Source of the DNA: Lepidodermella squamata
Lineage: Eukaryota > Animalia > Gastrotricha
Direction of reading: 5' to 3'
Assembly (NCBI GenBank): GCA_047495785.1
Contig: JBLDXI010000042.1
Span: forward strand, 682,001 to 746,000
DNA length: 64,000 nucleotides
The stretch's first letter is position 1; every line of letters starts with the position of its first letter. Both the position numbers and the translations under genes were made by a program. The notes beneath the pieces are model-generated. The model was not told the origin of the DNA and ran no database searches. It saw nothing but the letters and a program-made list of their open reading frames with translations. Of the stretch, positions 62,468 to 64,000 are shown in pieces.

Positions 62468-62776
62468 GGGCAAAATGGCCGACGGATAAGTGTAGGCCAT
62501 GACCCGGCGGTCCTTTTGACACCGAATTTGGGGACTCGAGGTCTGAGCAGGTATTTGAATAAATGACAGTGAAAAAACGTCGAAATTTTGGATTAGAGCC
62601 AAGAAGCAGACCCGAGAATTGGACCTAATTATTAGACCCAGATTATGGCGCAACAATCAAAATTTCACTCTTTTTGCAAGTTGATTTCTGTGCGTTCCTT
62701 GAAGTCTTTGGCCCCCGAATTCGGTGTCAAGAACCGCCGGGTCATGGCCTAGACTTATCCGTCGGCTATTTTGCCC
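62468..62776. mobile_element. MITE-like element with ~65-bp imperfect TIRs
   Basis: GGGCAAAAT(G/A)GCCGACGGATAAGT(G/C)TAGGCCATGACCCGGCGG at both ends in inverted orientation; TSD not evident. Confidence 0.7.
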
Positions 62777-63236
62777 AACGGCGCATCGTTGACCAGAAAA
62801 AAGGACGTTTCGACAGACCCAGGAATTGGATCCAATTATCCAGGGGCGTAACCAGGAATTTGTTTTGGTAGTTGTTATGGATCTCACGCAGGGGCGTAAC
62901 CAGCCTCTCACGGTTGGGGTGGCCTAGGTCATATTTTCTGGGTGCGCTCAAGGATCCGAGAGCTATCAGTAACGGAAAAGAATTGTTGCTTTCTTAAAAT
63001 GAATTGAAATTTGAACTAAAACTGGAGCGAAGCGAGAAGGTTTTGAAGATTTGTCTCTCAGAAATACTCCGAAACCTCTCAAAACTATGGAATTTTCCAG
63101 TAATCAACCTGCCCACTAAATAAAAAAAACTAAATTACTGAATATGCGAGCGAAGCGAGCTTTAGCTAACGGTTTTTATTTCTTTTCCACCTCAGAATTA
63201 GCCTGAAAATGCTTCAAAATTCGACGAAAAAAAATA

Positions 63237-63674
63237 CCGTAAACTACAGTATATAGGCCGCATCCTGAATAAAGACCGCACCCGAATAATCGCCGCAAAA
63301 TAGCCCTATTTTCATCAATTCAGCATAAATAAAGGCCGCGCGCGAATAATCGCCGCACCTAAGCACGTGATCAACAGCCACCCAGGCGAATCGCCAGATG
63401 GCACCCCCACTGCGACTCCTACCGCTACGCCGACCTACTCCCTACTCACAAGGTGACGTCGAGGAGGCGGATTTTCCGAAGAGCCGCGCGTGAATTGGCG
63501 GCGCAAGCCCCTTGTTACACCTGTTACGCCTGCTACAAGTCAAGTTTTGAAAAATTGAGGGAAATAAAGGCCGCACTCGAATAATCGCCGCACTCGTATA
63601 ATCGCCGCACTTTTTGCCTCTTTTTCGAAAATCAGGAAAATTAGTCGCCGCGGCCTTTATACTGTAGTTTACGG
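63237..63674. mobile_element. pogo/Tigger-like MITE (438 bp)
   Basis: TA-CCGTAAACTACAGTATA(T/A)AGGCCGC...GCGGCCTTTATACTGTAGTTTACGG-TA with repeated gaataatcgccgca subterminal motifs. Confidence 0.88.
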
Positions 63675-64000
63675 TATATTTGACATCAATTGTACACCTT
63701 CCATGGGTATTACACCCCCTAGTTTGAAAGACATCGATTTCGAGAAGTACGAAGTACACAACAGTTCACTTTTTGCAATTGTTCCGGATGGTAGGGCCTG
63801 TGCCCCGGGCGCCGGCTAGTTACGCCCAGGGTGGAATATTGATATTTCCCGGGAAAATTCAAGGTCGATGAGTGCGGGTTTTCAATACGAAATATGGACA
63901 CTATCGGAATTTCGAGCGTAGCGAGAAATTATGTGCAATTTTGCAAACATTTCCTCCATTTTGTAAGCAATTTTAGGCATTTTAGGCCGAAGAGGGGTTT

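Overview
Eukaryotic (invertebrate metazoan) genomic DNA with many short (~50-60 bp) GT-AG introns; no rRNA, tRNA or CRISPR array was seen. The left half is a nest of transposons. A single ~16.1 kb Helentron/Helitron2-type rolling-circle element (about 5653-21798) splits one host laminin-G-like exon exactly in two. It has 14-bp sub-terminal inverted repeats, terminal hairpins and a GTCY microsatellite. It carries a degenerate, intron-containing Rep/PIF1 helicase gene, a small family of putative single-OB-fold (ssDNA-binding-like) genes, an apparently captured host exon, and nested Tc1-like, pogo-like and CR1 insertions. A SWIM-type Mutator element follows. The host gene it disrupted is a shattered, partly inverted paralogue of a three-member family of secreted Cys-module + LamG proteins; the other two copies are at 32.9-36.3 kb and 48.7-56.6 kb. 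The right half is gene-dense: three intronless GT32 glycosyltransferase copies (one truncated; two share a 161-bp identical tract), a short prolyl 4-hydroxylase alpha, a secreted ankyrin protein, a PAN-like secreted protein, a Frag1/DRAM-like membrane protein, a 77-aa putative antimicrobial-peptide precursor missing from the ORF track, a divergent Cys-loop channel with two pseudogene fragments, and a gustatory-receptor-like 7TM gene. All family calls come from manual motif recognition, not from database searches.
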